Shown here: in pieces, positions 19,234 to 31,741 of the stretch | Layout of the letters: the number at the start of each line of letters is the position of its first letter | Position numbering within the stretch: position 1 is the first letter of the stretch | NCBI GenBank assembly: GCA_965240325.2 | Contig: OZ251237.1 | Coordinates: 558,001-622,000 of the forward strand | Source: Rebecca billardiae RCC1528 | Lineage: Eukaryota; Protista; Haptophyta | DNA length: 64,000 bases | Direction of reading: 5' to 3' | Notes under the pieces: model-generated | Databases searched by the model: none | Told to the model about the DNA's origin: nothing | What the model saw: the letters and a program-made list of their open reading frames with translations, nothing else | Translations under genes and position numbers: made by a program

Positions 19234-22200
19234 ATGGATGGCACAAGCACCGCAGCCTCGTCGCTGCAATGCGACCTCAGTTTGTTAGTCGGTGCGCGCC
19301 GCGCACGCGCCGGCGGCGGGCCAGATACCATGCCATGCACGCTCCAGTCACCGCTGCGCGCCTCTCGTCGCCCGCTCACCGCCGGATGCCGCGACGTGTG
19401 CGCGCGTTGCGCGCTTTGGTGCGCAGAGGGCTCGGCCCAGCCACTCGTCGTCGTGGAGGCGGCGACTGGGCTGGTTGTGGCGGTGAATGAGGTCGCGCAC
19501 TCGACCCTTCACGTCGACAACTCGATTGTTGGGCGGCCGGTCACCACGGTGATCATCGGGCCCGCCACGCTGCTCGAGGCAGGCATGCACCCGTGCTCGT
19601 GCGCGGCCGGCGCGCTCGTGTGCGTCACGCGCCACGCATGCGACAAATGGATCTGCCTCAACCTGATCGCGGGCGTCTCGGACACGGACAAAGTGTCGAT
19701 GGCGAGCGAAAGCCTCGCCTCCGCGATGGACGACGACGGGCTCCCCTCGCCGCTCGCGCTCGCGCAGCCGGACCTGTCCGTGCTGCTCGTCGAGGACGAT
19801 GAGTTCCAGGTGCTGCGCGCACTGCGACGAGCGCCGTGCGCGCGCGCGGGGAGGAGGGGGGGGGGGGGCAGGGTTGGGGCTGGCGTGGCGTCTCCCCCCC
19901 CCCGGGGGGGGGGGAGGAGAGTGAGAGAAGGGCTTCTCCGCTGACACGCTCCGTCTCCTCGGCGCCGCCGCGCCGCGCAGGCGAGCATCGTCCGCTCAAT
20001 GTGCGAGGCGAGCGGGTATGCGATCGACGTGTGCGACAACGGCCCCGACGCGCTCGAGAAGGTGTTCGCGCCGTGGGCGACGTACAACCTGGTGCTGCTC
20101 GACCTGGTGATGGCGCCGATGCACGGGCTGGAGATCCTCAAGGAGATCCGCAAGCGCAACGAGACGCTCACCGTCGTCATCATCTCCAACTCGGACGAGA
20201 AGCACGTCGTCAAGGCGTGCATCCACCACGGCGCCAACTCATACATTTTCAAGCCGGTGCGCGAGCGCGACCTGTCCAACGTGGGGCAGTTCGTGCTGCA
20301 GCACCGGTACCAGACGCTCAAGCTGCAGCACCTGCGGCTGAACCAGCTGCAGCTGCAGCAGTGGTCCATGCACCAGCTCGAGGTGCAGCGCCTCTCGTCG
20401 GAGAAGGAGAAGGCGCAGGCGTGGGCGGTGGCCGCCAAGGAGCACTCGGAGAAGGAGCTGCTGGAGAAGGAGAAGCGCGAGCAGGAGGCGCTGCTGCAGG
20501 CGGCGCAGGACCGCGCGGCGCGAGAGGCGGCGACCAAGGTGCGCGCCGCCGCCCCGCTCCGCGCGCCGCGCCGCTTCCGTGCGCACGCCGCCGCGCGCGG
20601 CGCCGCGCGCTGACTCGCCACCGCGCCCGCCGCGCGCCGCGCGCGGCGCGCGCACGCGCAGGAGGCGGTGATGGTGAAGGAGCGCGCGGAGATGCAGAAG
20701 CAGATGATGCACATGATCTACCAGGAGTCGCACAAGTACATGGACCTCGCCAAGTTCTACAACGACGTGCTCGTCCACGTCACCTCGCAGGCGGTCTCGG
20801 TGCACATGTCGGTGGACGCCAAGGTGCGGCTGGGCCACACGGCGCGCACAACGGACGCCGAGGTGCTCGCGACGGTGCTGCCGGAGGACTTCGAGATGCT
20901 CGCCGGGCTGGTGGGGTACTGCGCGAGCCGCCGCACCGCCGGCGCCGCCGACGCCGAGCCCGCCGAGCACTTTGACCTCTCCTTCCGCTGCCTCGCCGCC
21001 GGCAACCGGCCAGCAGCCATCAACGTCCATTTCTACCCGATCGTCGACTCGCGCGGCGGGATCCGCACCGTGATCGGCGCCGTGCCGCGGCACCACGCGA
21101 GGCGCGCGATCAGCAGGAAGAAGGTGGTCGCGGACCCGCTCTGCGAGACCATCCGCCGCTTCTGCTCGCGCGAGACCGCGCACGAGCTCGCCGGCTCGAT
21201 GTTGGCGAGCTCCAGTGCCAACGACCTCACCGCCACCTCGGACGAGGCGCCAGGCGCTGCCGCCGCCGGCCACGCGGCCGCGGCCGCCGCGGCCGATGCG
21301 GGCGCCGGCGGCGGCGGCACGGGCGCGGCGAAGGGGCAGCGCGGCGCGAGCGAGCCGTCGAGCTCGCCGTCCGCCGGCGCGCGCGTGCACAAGCCGCCGC
21401 CGCCGACCGAGGCGTGGGACGCGGCGAGCGACAACGAGAATGGCGGCTCTGGCGACGACGGCGCCTCGGGCGGCGGCAAGTCGCAGCACCCCGGCAGGGC
21501 GTCGGGCGTGGAGGAGCACCTGACGCTCTCGCGCCTGCTCGCGCAGGCGTTCTCGACGATCAACACGGACGGCGAGGACGCCGTGCCCGAGCTGCCCAGC
21601 GTCGCAGATGGCGACCCGCCCGAACCCGCGGCCGCTGTGGCCGCCGGTCTTGCCGAGGCGGCGGCCGCGGCCGCGGCCGCCGCGGCCGCGGCCGCGGTGG
21701 GTGCGAGCAGCGTGGCGAACGCGATCGGCGGCAGCGGCGGGGCGCGCTCGGCCGCGGCGGCGCACCCGCCATCGGCCGGGGCCGGCGACGCCGCGAGTGC
21801 CGCCCGCGGCGTCCCGTCGCTCTCGCAGCTCGCCTCGGCCGCTTGCGATCCGGCCGAGGTGGCGGCGGCCACGTCCGCGAGCGCCGCGCGGCCCAAGCCC
21901 TCAGCGCTGTCCGCCGATGCGTCGCTGGCCGCGGAGGGCGCGCGCCGACGGCAGGTGGCGCGCGCGTACCTGCTCGAAGGCGACCGCTCCAAGTACACGC
22001 CGCTCGGCCTGGCCGCGCTCGAGCCGGACGGCGCCGCGGAGCGCGCCGTGCGCTCGGTCTTTGCAGACGCCGAGCTGCTCGCCGGCGCAGGCACCTCATC
22101 GTCGTCCGACGACACGACGCCGCTGATCGACGTGGAGGCGGGGTGCCCGACGTGCGGCTGGCAGCCGCTGAACCTCGCGCTGCTCGGCGGCGACGCCAAC

Positions 22201-24297
22201 CTCGGCGCGGTCGCCGTGCTGCTCGACGAGGGCGCCGACATCGAGGCGACGCCGCGCAACATGCGGCTGATGACGCCACTCCTCCTCTCCACGTCTCTCT
22301 GCCAGCCGCTCATCGCATCGCTGCTCGTCACGAGGCGGGCGGACGTGAACAAGCAGAACAAGGGTGCGCGCGCCGCGCCGCACGCGCCGCGCGACCCGCC
22401 TCCGCCACGCACTCGCCCGCGCTCACGCGCCGCCCTGCGCGCCGCGGCCGCCCCGTTCCGTGCGCCGGCCGTCTTCTCGTGTGCTCGCCGCCCTCGCTCG
22501 CGCCGCGCTGCGCAGATGGGTGCTCGCCCCTCCACCTCTGCGCGCAGTGGAGCCACGAGAGCGCGGCGCAGTCGATTGCCTCGGCGCTCGTGCACGCGAA
22601 AGCGGACCTCACCCTCCGGAACAAGCAGGGCAAGACCGCGGAGGTGCGTTCCGCGCGAGGCGCCGCGCGCCTGCTGACGCGCGCCGCGCGCCGCGCGCGG
22701 AGCGCACGCGCGCGCGCGCTCTGCCGCCGTCTGCTGACCTGGACTCCGGCCCGCGCGCGCCCGCGCACCCGCACGCGGCTTCGCGCGGCCATAGGAGCTG
22801 GCGGCGGAGCACGGCTACCGCGAGACCGCCGCGCTGCTGCACCACTTCGCCTCGCCCACCTGGTCCGTCGCGAAGGAGGTCCTTTTGGAATCTCTCGAGA
22901 AGGAAACGACGCCGCGGCACGGCCCGACTTCGAAGAACTCGACGCGGAATCTGAAGAAGCAGGGGCGCGAGGGGCGCGCGGCGGCGCACGACGCGCTCGG
23001 CGTCGGCGCCGTGCCCGTGCACACCAGCCACCTGATGGGCTGCATCGCGCCGAACGCGGCTCAGCCCACCGGACTCGGCGCCACCGGACTCGGCGCCATG
23101 CCGCTGCACACGAGCCACCTGATGGGCTGCATCGCGCCCGGCTGCATCGCGCCCGGCTGCCTCACGCCCGGCGCGGCGCTGACCGACCCGCTGCTCGCGG
23201 CGGGCATCAGCCCGCTAGGCTTGATGCACCCGGCCGCGTACGCGGGCATGCCGGGCGCGGTGCTCCCCGGCGCGACGGCGGCGTACGCAGGCATGCCGAG
23301 CGCGGTACTGCCCGGCGCGACCCTGCCTCTCGCCACCATGCCCGCCAACGCGCTGCCCGGCGCCGCGGTTCCAACCGCCGCGCTGCCCGGGGCGGCGTAC
23401 CCAGCGCACGCCATCCTCTCCGCCACGCCCCCCATCCTGCCCGGCGCGATGCCCGGGGCCGCGCTGCCCGGCGCGGCCCTGCCCGGCGCTGCAATCCCCG
23501 CCGCCGCCGTGCCGATCCCGAATGTCGCCGTGCCGGCCGCGGCGATGCCGGCCGTCCTCTCCGCCACGCACCACATCCCCGGCCTGCCCGGCGTTCTGCC
23601 GGGGGCTCCGCCCGGGGCGGCCCTCCCCGCCGCCCTGCCCGGAGTCGCCCTCCCCGCCGCACTGCCAGCCGCCGCACTGCCGGGCGCCATCCCTACTGCC
23701 GCCATTCCCGGTATCGCCTACCCCGGCGCCGCCCTCCCAGGGGCGGCTATGCCGGGCGCGACGATGCTGCGGATGGCCCCAGTGATGCCTGGCCCGGTGA
23801 CGTGCGTGCCCCTGAGCGCCTGCGCGGGGATGCCTGCGACGGTGGCGATACCCGCCGTCTCGTGCTCCGGAGGAGACATGACCGGCGCGACGCAGCTGAT
23901 GAGCGTGCACGTGCCTGCAAACATGCTCCTCGGCGGCGGGCTCGCGCCGCCCGCGCCCGCCGGATACGGGCCTTACCCGCTGCACGCCGCGCACATGTAC
24001 GCCCATCACTCGGCGGCCTTCGCACCGCCCCTCGCGCCGCCCATGCCGATGGGCGCGCCGCCGGCGGTGCCCCCGCCCGGGGCCGGGATGGCGGGCTTTG
24101 GCGTGCACCCGGGTGCGATCCCCGCATCGTCCGTCGGCATGCACCCCGCCTGCTCGCTGGGCGTGAGCGCCGCGCCGGGCCCGTACTGCACGGCCAGCAT
24201 GTGCGTACCGGCTGCGGGAGGCGGCATGCAGTGCATACCGGCCGCGTACGCCAACGTCAACGTGGCCGCTGCGTCGGCCCCGCCCTACGGCCCCTGA
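19234..24297 (+). CDS. Multi-exon response regulator: PAS - REC - coiled coil - PAS-like - ankyrin repeats - Ala/Pro/Gly low-complexity tail
   Basis: GT-AG introns at 19292-19426, 19810-19980, 20539-20661, 22364-22515 and 22644-22794 join in frame. REC motifs VLLVEDD, LVLLDLVM, VIIS and YIFKP. Ankyrin motifs LLDEGADIE, DGCSPLHLCA and KQGKTAEELA. Confidence 0.8.
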
Positions 24298-24617
24298 GGC
24301 CTCGGATGACGCCCCTGAGGCCTGACCGGCGCCGCGCGGCGCGGGCGGGCCGTGAGTCCGTGACGACGGTCGCCGCGCCGAAGTGACTTGTAGGTCTTGT
24401 TGGTGCCGAGCCGGAGATTCATCGGTCGTAACTCAGACGTATGATGATATAACGCTCGATCGTCATCAGCAAGTCCGCCAATATAAGAATCCGGAACGCA
24501 CGCCTCACCGCGTCCGCGGCAGACTCAGACGGAGACTTCGATCAGCAGCGCAGCATAAGATCTCATCACTAACTACCATATATATCGTCTGCTCATATCT
24601 GCCGGACTGCGCTTCAA

Positions 24618-25630
24618 ATGATGAGCGCAACCACCGACGGCGCGTGACGGACTTGCTCCTCCGCCTCCTCGCGACCGAGTGGCACCGGTGCGCCACCACG
24701 GCTGGGCGGCGATCGCGCTCACCTGCGTCGGGCTGAGCACGCTGGCGGCGCTCCTCTTCGGCGTGGTGGGCGTGGTGGGCGGGGAGGGAGTGATCCCTGC
24801 TGTCAAGGGCGCGAGCTTCAGCGAGAACGCCGGCGCGGCCGTGACGAGCGTGCTGCAGCTCGGCGCCGTGCATGCGGCGGTCGTGCGCGTGTGGCGCGGC
24901 GAGCACGTCGACCCTGGCAAGGCAACGGATCTGCTCCGTCTCAAGCAGTTGGAGGTGGGGCTCGAGGCGGCGCCGCATGTGTTCCTGCAGGAGTGCGTGC
25001 TGCTGTGGCTGGGCGCGCAGCGCGCGTCCGCGCTGCCGTGGGTCTCCCTTCGCCGTCTCCGTCGCGGGCATGAGCCTCGTGCTCGGTGACGCCCACGCCA
25101 ACGATATGCGCATCGCAAACTACCCCGGCGCGAGCGACGACAGCGAAGGGGACGGCGGCGGCGCGGTATGGGCGGCGCGCGCGCTCGGTCCGCTCGGCGT
25201 GGTGAGCCGCGCGCTGCCGATCGCGCTGTTCGGCTGCGCCTTTGGCAGCTGGCTGGCGCCGCCGCTGCTCGGCGCGTTCGCCGTGCTCGTTGCCCTCGCG
25301 CGCTTCGCGCAGGAGGACGATCGCGGGTGGTTCGATGCTGTGCTCTCCTCCTTCGTCTTCTACGCGGCCACGCCCATTGTGGTGCTGACGGGCTACACCA
25401 TCGCGCGCGGCGAGGCGCGCATCGTCGCGTGGACGGCGGCGGTCGAGCTCGCGCTCCGCGCCACCGCGCTCGGCGCGCCGTCGCCCTGGCGCGATGCGCA
25501 GCCCACCGGCTTGCTGGTGGGTGCCGCTTGCGTGTTTGGCGTGTGCTGGCTGGGCCGGCTAGGCGCAGCTGCCGTGCTGCTGCGCGCCAAGGCGGACAAG
25601 CAAAGCGAGGCGCTGATGGCGCTGCGATGA
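24618..25630 (+). pseudogene. XK-related (Xkr scramblase family) frameshifted gene
   Basis: Motifs VTDLLL...EW...GWAAIALT and LLRLKQLEVGLEAAPHVFLQ plus several TM segments are split across frames, with shifts near 24642, 24690 and 25049. Confidence 0.65.
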
Positions 25631-26633
25631 GCGTGCGCACTACATGACTAGTAGTACACGGACAGTAGGTTACTGCGCCTCTGCACTTGCAGTCTCAGAG
25701 CAGCAGCTCAGCGGTGTAATAACAATATATTCTTATAATCGCAACATCAGCATCACTATGTATGAGTATCTGCGCTGCGCGTGCGCACAGAACACGACAG
25801 CACTCAGCATTTGACATCTTAGATCCTGTCACTCAGCGCTGGCCGCGCCGGGCCATGACGGGGCCATCGGCAGCGGACGGCCTGCTCACGCCGCGGCGCC
25901 GGCCAGGCCCAGGCGGCCGGGCCCGGGTCACCGGGCCCGCGGGGCTCAGGCCGCTGGCGCAGCGAGCTGCTTACACGTCCCACGGACCCGTGGCGGCTGG
26001 TCAGCACTCGTCTCACGGGATTGTGTGGGTTGTGCGCCTCGGAATCCATTTTGTCTGCGGCCTAATGGCAGCCCACCCGGACGTACGATGCCGTCATGCA
26101 GTGGGCATGGGATGGTGGCGACCCGGCTTGCCGGAGTCCGGCAGAGCCGCCCGCAGAGCCCAAACCGAAGTGCGCCGCACGCCGCTCGCAGCGTCCCGCC
26201 GAGCGACCGGCCGGTGCGTGCTTCTCGGTGTCTGCTCTCGGCGCATCACACATCGGTTCACCCGGCCGCGCGGTGTCATTTCCTCACATCGGGGTCTCGT
26301 CTTTCAGTCGATTCCGCATCTCGCGGCCCTCGAGATCGTCCGCCTAGTACAATTGGCGGCGGAATACGGCTCGACAATCAGAGGAATGGAGGAAGGCATC
26401 GTGTTCAACAGACCTCGGTTGACGAATGACGCTGCGCGAACAGCGAAGAACTCGGTGAGAAATCGGGCAGTCCTCATCTTTCCCGCCTGGCTTGTTGTCG
26501 TATTATTGCGTGCTTGGAACTCACAAAGAGCGTGTGGCCGGCCGTGTGGGGCGCCACATCTTTTAGACAACCTCGCGTGGTCGTGGCGGGTGGCCCCTTG
26601 GCCTGCGCGGGCGGCCCCAACAGGCGTGGAGCG

Positions 26634-27539
26634 ATGAAGGCATGCTGCGTGCGGAAGGACGCGGCGCGGCGAGCACAGGAGGAGACGGTGCAGGTGGACC
26701 TCTCCTCCCTCGCGGTCTCGCTGCCCCCCCAGCATCGGATCATCCCGACGGGCGACGACGAGTTCGATACAATCCTCGTCAAGCGGCGCGCGCTCGCGAT
26801 CGAGAAGCTGCCGGCGATGCGCGCGCGTTACCCTCTTGAGCGGTACAGCGACGCGCAGCGGACTTTCCTCTCCGACAACACTCTCATCCGCCACATCGAG
26901 GCGCGCGACGGCGATCTCGACAAGGCGAGCGCCATGATCGAGGAAACGCTCGCATGGCGCAGCAAGCACATCGACGGCGTGCCGCTCAGCTGCCCGTCGT
27001 GCGTGGCGAACAAGGACGCGCACTGCTTCTTCCCGATCGGCAAGGACTCGCGCGGCTGGATGCTCATCTACTCGTGCGCCGCGCGCGCCATCGACAAGAA
27101 GCCGGAGTCGTCCATCGTGCACATGTCCACGATGCTCGAGCGCATCTTCGAGGGGAACTCGGCGCCGGGCAAGATCGTGTGGATCATCGACATGCACGGC
27201 TTTGGCTTCGCGGACATGGACTCGACGATGGCGCGCAAGTCGGTGCCCATCTTCCAGGACCACTACCCCGAGCGCATGGGCCAGATCGTCATCCTCGACC
27301 CGCCCGCGCCGTTCAAGGCCCTCTGGGAAGTCGTGTCCGAGCTCGTCGACCCGGTGACCAAGAGGAAGGTCAAGCTGCTGCGCAAGGACAAGCACGAGTA
27401 CTTCCGGCGGCACTGCAACGAGGCGCAGGTGGCGTTCCTCGAAGGCGTGCTGCGCACGGACGCGCGGCCCGGCTCGTATCCGGCGGACGAGACGAAGAAG
27501 GCGAGGGCCGAGGCGGGCGCGTGGTCGCTCGCGCCGTGA
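26634..27539 (+). CDS. CRAL-TRIO / Sec14-like lipid-binding protein
   Basis: LSDNTLIRHIEAR...A..MIEETLAWR, GKDSRG, VWIIDMHGF, FQDHYPERMG.IVILDPP and VDPVTKRKV. Confidence 0.92.
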   Translation: MKACCVRKDAARRAQEETVQVDLSSLAVSLPPQHRIIPTGDDEFDTILVKRRALAIEKLPAMRARYPLERYSDAQRTFLSDNTLIRHIEARDGDLDKASAMIEETLAWRSKHIDGVPLSCPSCVANKDAHCFFPIGKDSRGWMLIYSCAARAIDKKPESSIVHMSTMLERIFEGNSAPGKIVWIIDMHGFGFADMDSTMARKSVPIFQDHYPERMGQIVILDPPAPFKALWEVVSELVDPVTKRKVKLLRKDKHEYFRRHCNEAQVAFLEGVLRTDARPGSYPADETKKARAEAGAWSLAP

Positions 27540-28106
27540 TGGCGGCGCAACCGCGCAACCGCTCAGCGCTGCAGATCGGAGAGACCCAAGCCGCGCACGC
27601 GATGGAATGCGGAGCGCGCTGCGCGCGCCGCACCCAGGGCGTGGACTGAGGCAACGGCCGTGCCGTATGCTCCTCACGGCTGGCGCGTGCTGAGTGGACT
27701 CATTGTCAGAGTCACGCGCGTGATGCTCGCGACGGCTTGCCCGCGATGCGACGCATCTGTGCTTGCCTTGATCGTCACAGTGATCAAGTTGCTGCTGATG
27801 CGTCTTCTGGATGTTACGATTCTAAAACGAATGTCAATGCGAGACCGGATTCTCGGTTTTCGTCTCTACAATAGCGATCGAGTTTCCGGCTTCGGACGTG
27901 ATAATTTCCGGATGATCTACCGGATTTTCGCGGATTTCTGCTTTTTCTGTGCTGACAACGAGCGAGCGCACCAGTTGCGCACGCTCGCCCCCGAGCGAGG
28001 GCTCCATCGCCGGTGAACCGTTGACGGGCCCGGCCCGCGGACGCGAGCACACCGCCACGCCCCAGCCAAGCGCACGTCCGAGCAGCTCAGCGGCGCACGC
28101 GGTCCG

Positions 28107-30822
28107 ATGCCGATCCCCATCTTCGCGCCGTACGAGTGGCATGAGACCGAGACGCACGTGACCGTGCAGGCGCGCATCCACGGCGCGACGCCCGCCAACA
28201 CCGACTTCTTCAGCTCGCCGCACTTTGTCAAGGCGAATTGCAAGCGGCCGGGCGGCGCGCTGCACCTGCTCGAGATCGACCTGTACGGCGAGATCGACCC
28301 GCGGCGCAGCGCCGTCTCCGTGCGCACGGGCGAGCTCGAGTTGCGACTCGAGAAGGCGACGCCGGGCGTCTGGGGGCAGCTCGTCGTGCAGGCAGTTGAC
28401 AAGGCGGAGCGGCTGCGCCGGCGGCAGCGCTCGATCGAGGCGGCGGAGCGGCAGGCGGCGGCCGACGCCGAGGCGAAGAAGAAGCAGACGTGGGAGGCCT
28501 CCCGCCACACGCTCCGCTCGCAGATGGACCTCGAGCGCTCGAGCCGGGGCGCGCTCGAGGAGCGCAAGGCGGCGGAGAAGGCGCGGGAGGCTGCCGAGCT
28601 GGACGCATGGCAGTCCGCGCACGAGGAGGCGCGGCTGCGCGAGCTGCGCGAGCGGTACGGCGCGGCGGCGAGCGAGGAGGCCGACGTCAGACGCAACTCC
28701 GCCGCCGCCACCGCGCCCGCGCCGCGCCCGGCCGGCGCCGCGCCCGCGGGCAAGCCGCTGCCGCCGCCGCGCGCGCCGACGCGCGTCATCGCCAAGTTCA
28801 CGCCAAAGATGACGTCCGCGCCGCTGCGCACGAAGGGCAAGGACGCGGACTACGACCCCGAGCCCGTCGCGCTCGAGACGCCCGGCCTGGGCCCCTCTCG
28901 CGCCACCACGCTCCGCTCGGGCGATCTGTACGATATCTCGCACCGAGATCCGGCGTGGCTCAAGGACCGCGCGGACCGTTATTATTTCCTGCGCGATTTC
29001 CGCGCGGCCGCGAACGCCTACTCCGCGGTGCTGGCGCAGTTCCCGGACAAGATCCCGGCGCAGGCGGTGGACACGTACCTCGCGTGCCTCTCCAACCGCG
29101 CCGCCTGCCACCTGCACCTCGACGAGCTGCTCGAGGCCGCTGCGGACGCGACGCACGCAATCGCGCTCGCCGATAATGGCAAGTCCATCTCGAATGTTCC
29201 GCTTTCGGATGATGAGCTGCGCTCCCGCGCGCGCACGCGCAAGCTGCGGCTGCTCGCGCGGCGCGGCGCGGCGCTGTGCCACATGGGCGCGCTCGAGCAG
29301 GCCATCGCCGACTTCGAGCTCGCCGCCTCCGACTACGCGCCGAGCGCGGACGCCCGCGACGCGCTGCGCGGCGACGCGCGCGCGATGGGCGAGCGCCTTG
29401 AGACTGTGCGAGCGCACAAGGTGGCGGCGGACGAGCTCGCGCAGCGGGCGGCGGTCGCGGCGCAGCAGGCGGGCGCGGGCGAGGAGGGCTCGCGCGCCGC
29501 CGTCGCGCTGGCGAACGACGCCCTCGCCCGCTACTCCGACGCGCTCGGGCTCGCTCCCATGCACATCCCAACGCTCGCGAACGCGGCCGCGGCCGCGCTC
29601 GCATCAGGCGCGCACGCGCGCTGCGCCACGCTGTGCGACACCGCGCTGCGCGTGGCCGACGCGCAGGCCGCGGACGGGCAGCTCTGCCCGCTGCGAACAC
29701 GGCTCAAGCTGCTGCTGCGCCGCGCCACGGCCAAGTGCGAGCTCGGGTGCGTGCCCGCGAGCCGCCCTCACCGAGCATCCACGGACCACGCGACCGACCG
29801 CACTGTGCTGTGCGCCCGACACCCCCAGAGCCAAAGCCGCTCAGTGGCGCCTCGCGACCAACCGACTTCCCGCGCGGCGCGCTCGCGCTGCCGTGCCCGC
29901 AGGAACTGGCGCGGCGCGCACGCAGACCTCAAGCGCGCCACCGCCTTCGCGCCCTCCGACAACGACATCGCTGCCCAGCTGCGCGCGGTGACAGAGGCGG
30001 CGCGCGCGCGCGGCATCCAAGTCGGTGACGATCGCTCGGCCGCGTCGGCAACGCCCTCCGCCGCCATCGCCGCCGCCGAGCTCGAGGGCTCAGACGCGCC
30101 AAAGGGCGGCGCGGGCGAGGAGGGCGGCGGCGCCGAGCCGAGCACCGCGTCGGCAGGCGCGGAGACCACGCCGCGCGGCGCGGACGCGCCCGCCCTCACG
30201 GCGTCGGAGCTCAAGTCGCAGGCCGATCACAGCTTCCGAACCGGCGACGCCGCGGCCGCGATCGCGCTTTACGCGCGCGCGCTCGCGGCAGACGCGGAGC
30301 AGGAGTGGCAGCTGCTGGACCGCGGCTCGGCAGCGGAGGCGCCCGCGGCGGCGCCCGCCGCGGCCGAGCCGGCCGGCTCAACGGTGGGCGGCGGGATCCT
30401 GTTCCGCTGCTCCTGCCTTGCCAACCGCGCGGCGTGCCACCTCAAGCTTGGCGAGTATGCTCGCGTCATCGACGACTGCACCGCCGCCATCGCCGCCGTG
30501 CGGGCGAGCGTGGGCGAGGTGCGCGCGCCGAGGCCGGCGCGTGGGCGCGCACGCCGCCAACCATGCCGCAGCTGACCTCGCCCCGGCATCCACCCCGCGT
30601 GCGCGCCCCCTCGCTCTCCGTGCGCGTGCCCACCAGGCCTCGGCAGCAGAGCCTGCCCTGAGCGCGATGCTGCTGAAGCTGCTCATGCGGCGCGCGGCCG
30701 CGTACTGGCAGCTTGGACGGGTCGAGGACGCGCGCGCCGAGTACGGCGAAGCGCACCGCCTGGCCCCGGAGAACGAGCAGGTGCTCGCTGCGCTGGAAGC
30801 ACTCGGGGCCCCTCCGCCGTAG
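28107..30822 (+). CDS. DNAAF4: Dynein axonemal assembly factor 4 (DYX1C1): CS domain, coiled coil, TPRs (introns 29747-29902 and 30519-30636)
   Basis: N-terminus MPI..YEWHET..V...TDFF...FVKAN, then PPPR...FTPK...PLR and DPAWLKDRA, then SNRAACHL TPR motifs. Confidence 0.85.
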
Positions 30823-31162
30823 GCGGCCCCCACGAGCTAAGAGCAGAGCGCACCGACGCACCCCGACTCCCGAGCTGAGACGGGTCGCCGGGCACGTGCT
30901 GCGTGCACGCAGACAGCTCTGACATGAGCTGATTATGATGCAGGCAGCTCTGACATGAGCCACACGAACAGTATACTAGTGACTCAGTGTCACTCTCGGA
31001 TGAGTCTTTATTGACAACCCCGGTCAAGGCGCGGCGTGTACTATTCATCCGCGGGCATCGTAGCCTCCCCCCGGGGACTGACAACTGTTCAAAGTACAGC
31101 TCGTCAACTCGGGTGCGGAGGTGGTGTCGCGGGGCGCGTAGTCCGCCCGCGGCACGCTGCGC

Positions 31163-31648
31163 TCACTTGGGGTTACCGAATTTGGTCACCCTCTCGAGGT
31201 ATTGTAGCAGCCACTCCTTCGGGTCGATGCCCTCCGCCGGCAACTCGGCGATGGCTGTTTCGATGATGGCGGCAAAGTGATCGAGGACGCGCTTCTCCGT
31301 GATGTACTGCACGAGCGCGCTCTCGGTCGTGCGGAACTTGACGTCATGGGAGGCGAGGTGCGGCAGCGCCCCGCCCTCGGGCTCGACCGCGGGCGCGCCT
31401 TCTGCTCCGTCGCTGGGACCGAGCTTGGCGAGCAGGTAGCCAAGCACGTCGGTCGGGGTGTTGCGCAGAACAGCCTCGAGGAGGACGCCAAGCAGATCGC
31501 CCAGACCGTTGGATGCAAGCTGGTCGAAGTATGGGCACGCCTTGAGCCAGCCGGCGATGTTTGCCGGCGACTCTGGCCGCGTGTTGACGAACGTGCGCAA
31601 GCGCGCAACGTCCTCCTCGCGCTGCGCGATGGAGGTCCGACGCCCCAT
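31163..31648 (-). CDS. Small protein with two RIIa/Dpy-30-like dimerisation-docking motifs
   Basis: YFDQ...LGDLLGVLLEAVLRNTPTDVLGYL and YITEKRVLDHFAAIIETAIAELP...DPKEWLLQYL. Confidence 0.65.
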   Translation of the reverse strand: MGRRTSIAQREEDVARLRTFVNTRPESPANIAGWLKACPYFDQLASNGLGDLLGVLLEAVLRNTPTDVLGYLLAKLGPSDGAEGAPAVEPEGGALPHLASHDVKFRTTESALVQYITEKRVLDHFAAIIETAIAELPAEGIDPKEWLLQYLERVTKFGNPK

Positions 31649-31741
31649 GCTTGCGAATCGAAAACTGGCAGCTCGTCGTCAGTTTCTCTTTCGCCCGCCG
31701 CCCGCGCCCGCGTTCGTTCCGTTTTGTAACGTCATCGCACG
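31649..31741. promoter_or_regulatory. Putative bidirectional promoter, D/D protein / CYB5D1
   Basis: Divergent ATGs 93 bp apart, with T-rich and A-rich tracts between them. Confidence 0.55.

Noticed and set aside
25762-26637. 291-aa ORF upstream of CRAL-TRIO
   Set aside because: Atypical codon use and no motifs.
31716-31730. X-box-like GTTCCGTTTTGTAAC between two ciliary-type genes
   Set aside because: Poor match to the RFX consensus, and no evidence for RFX in this organism.
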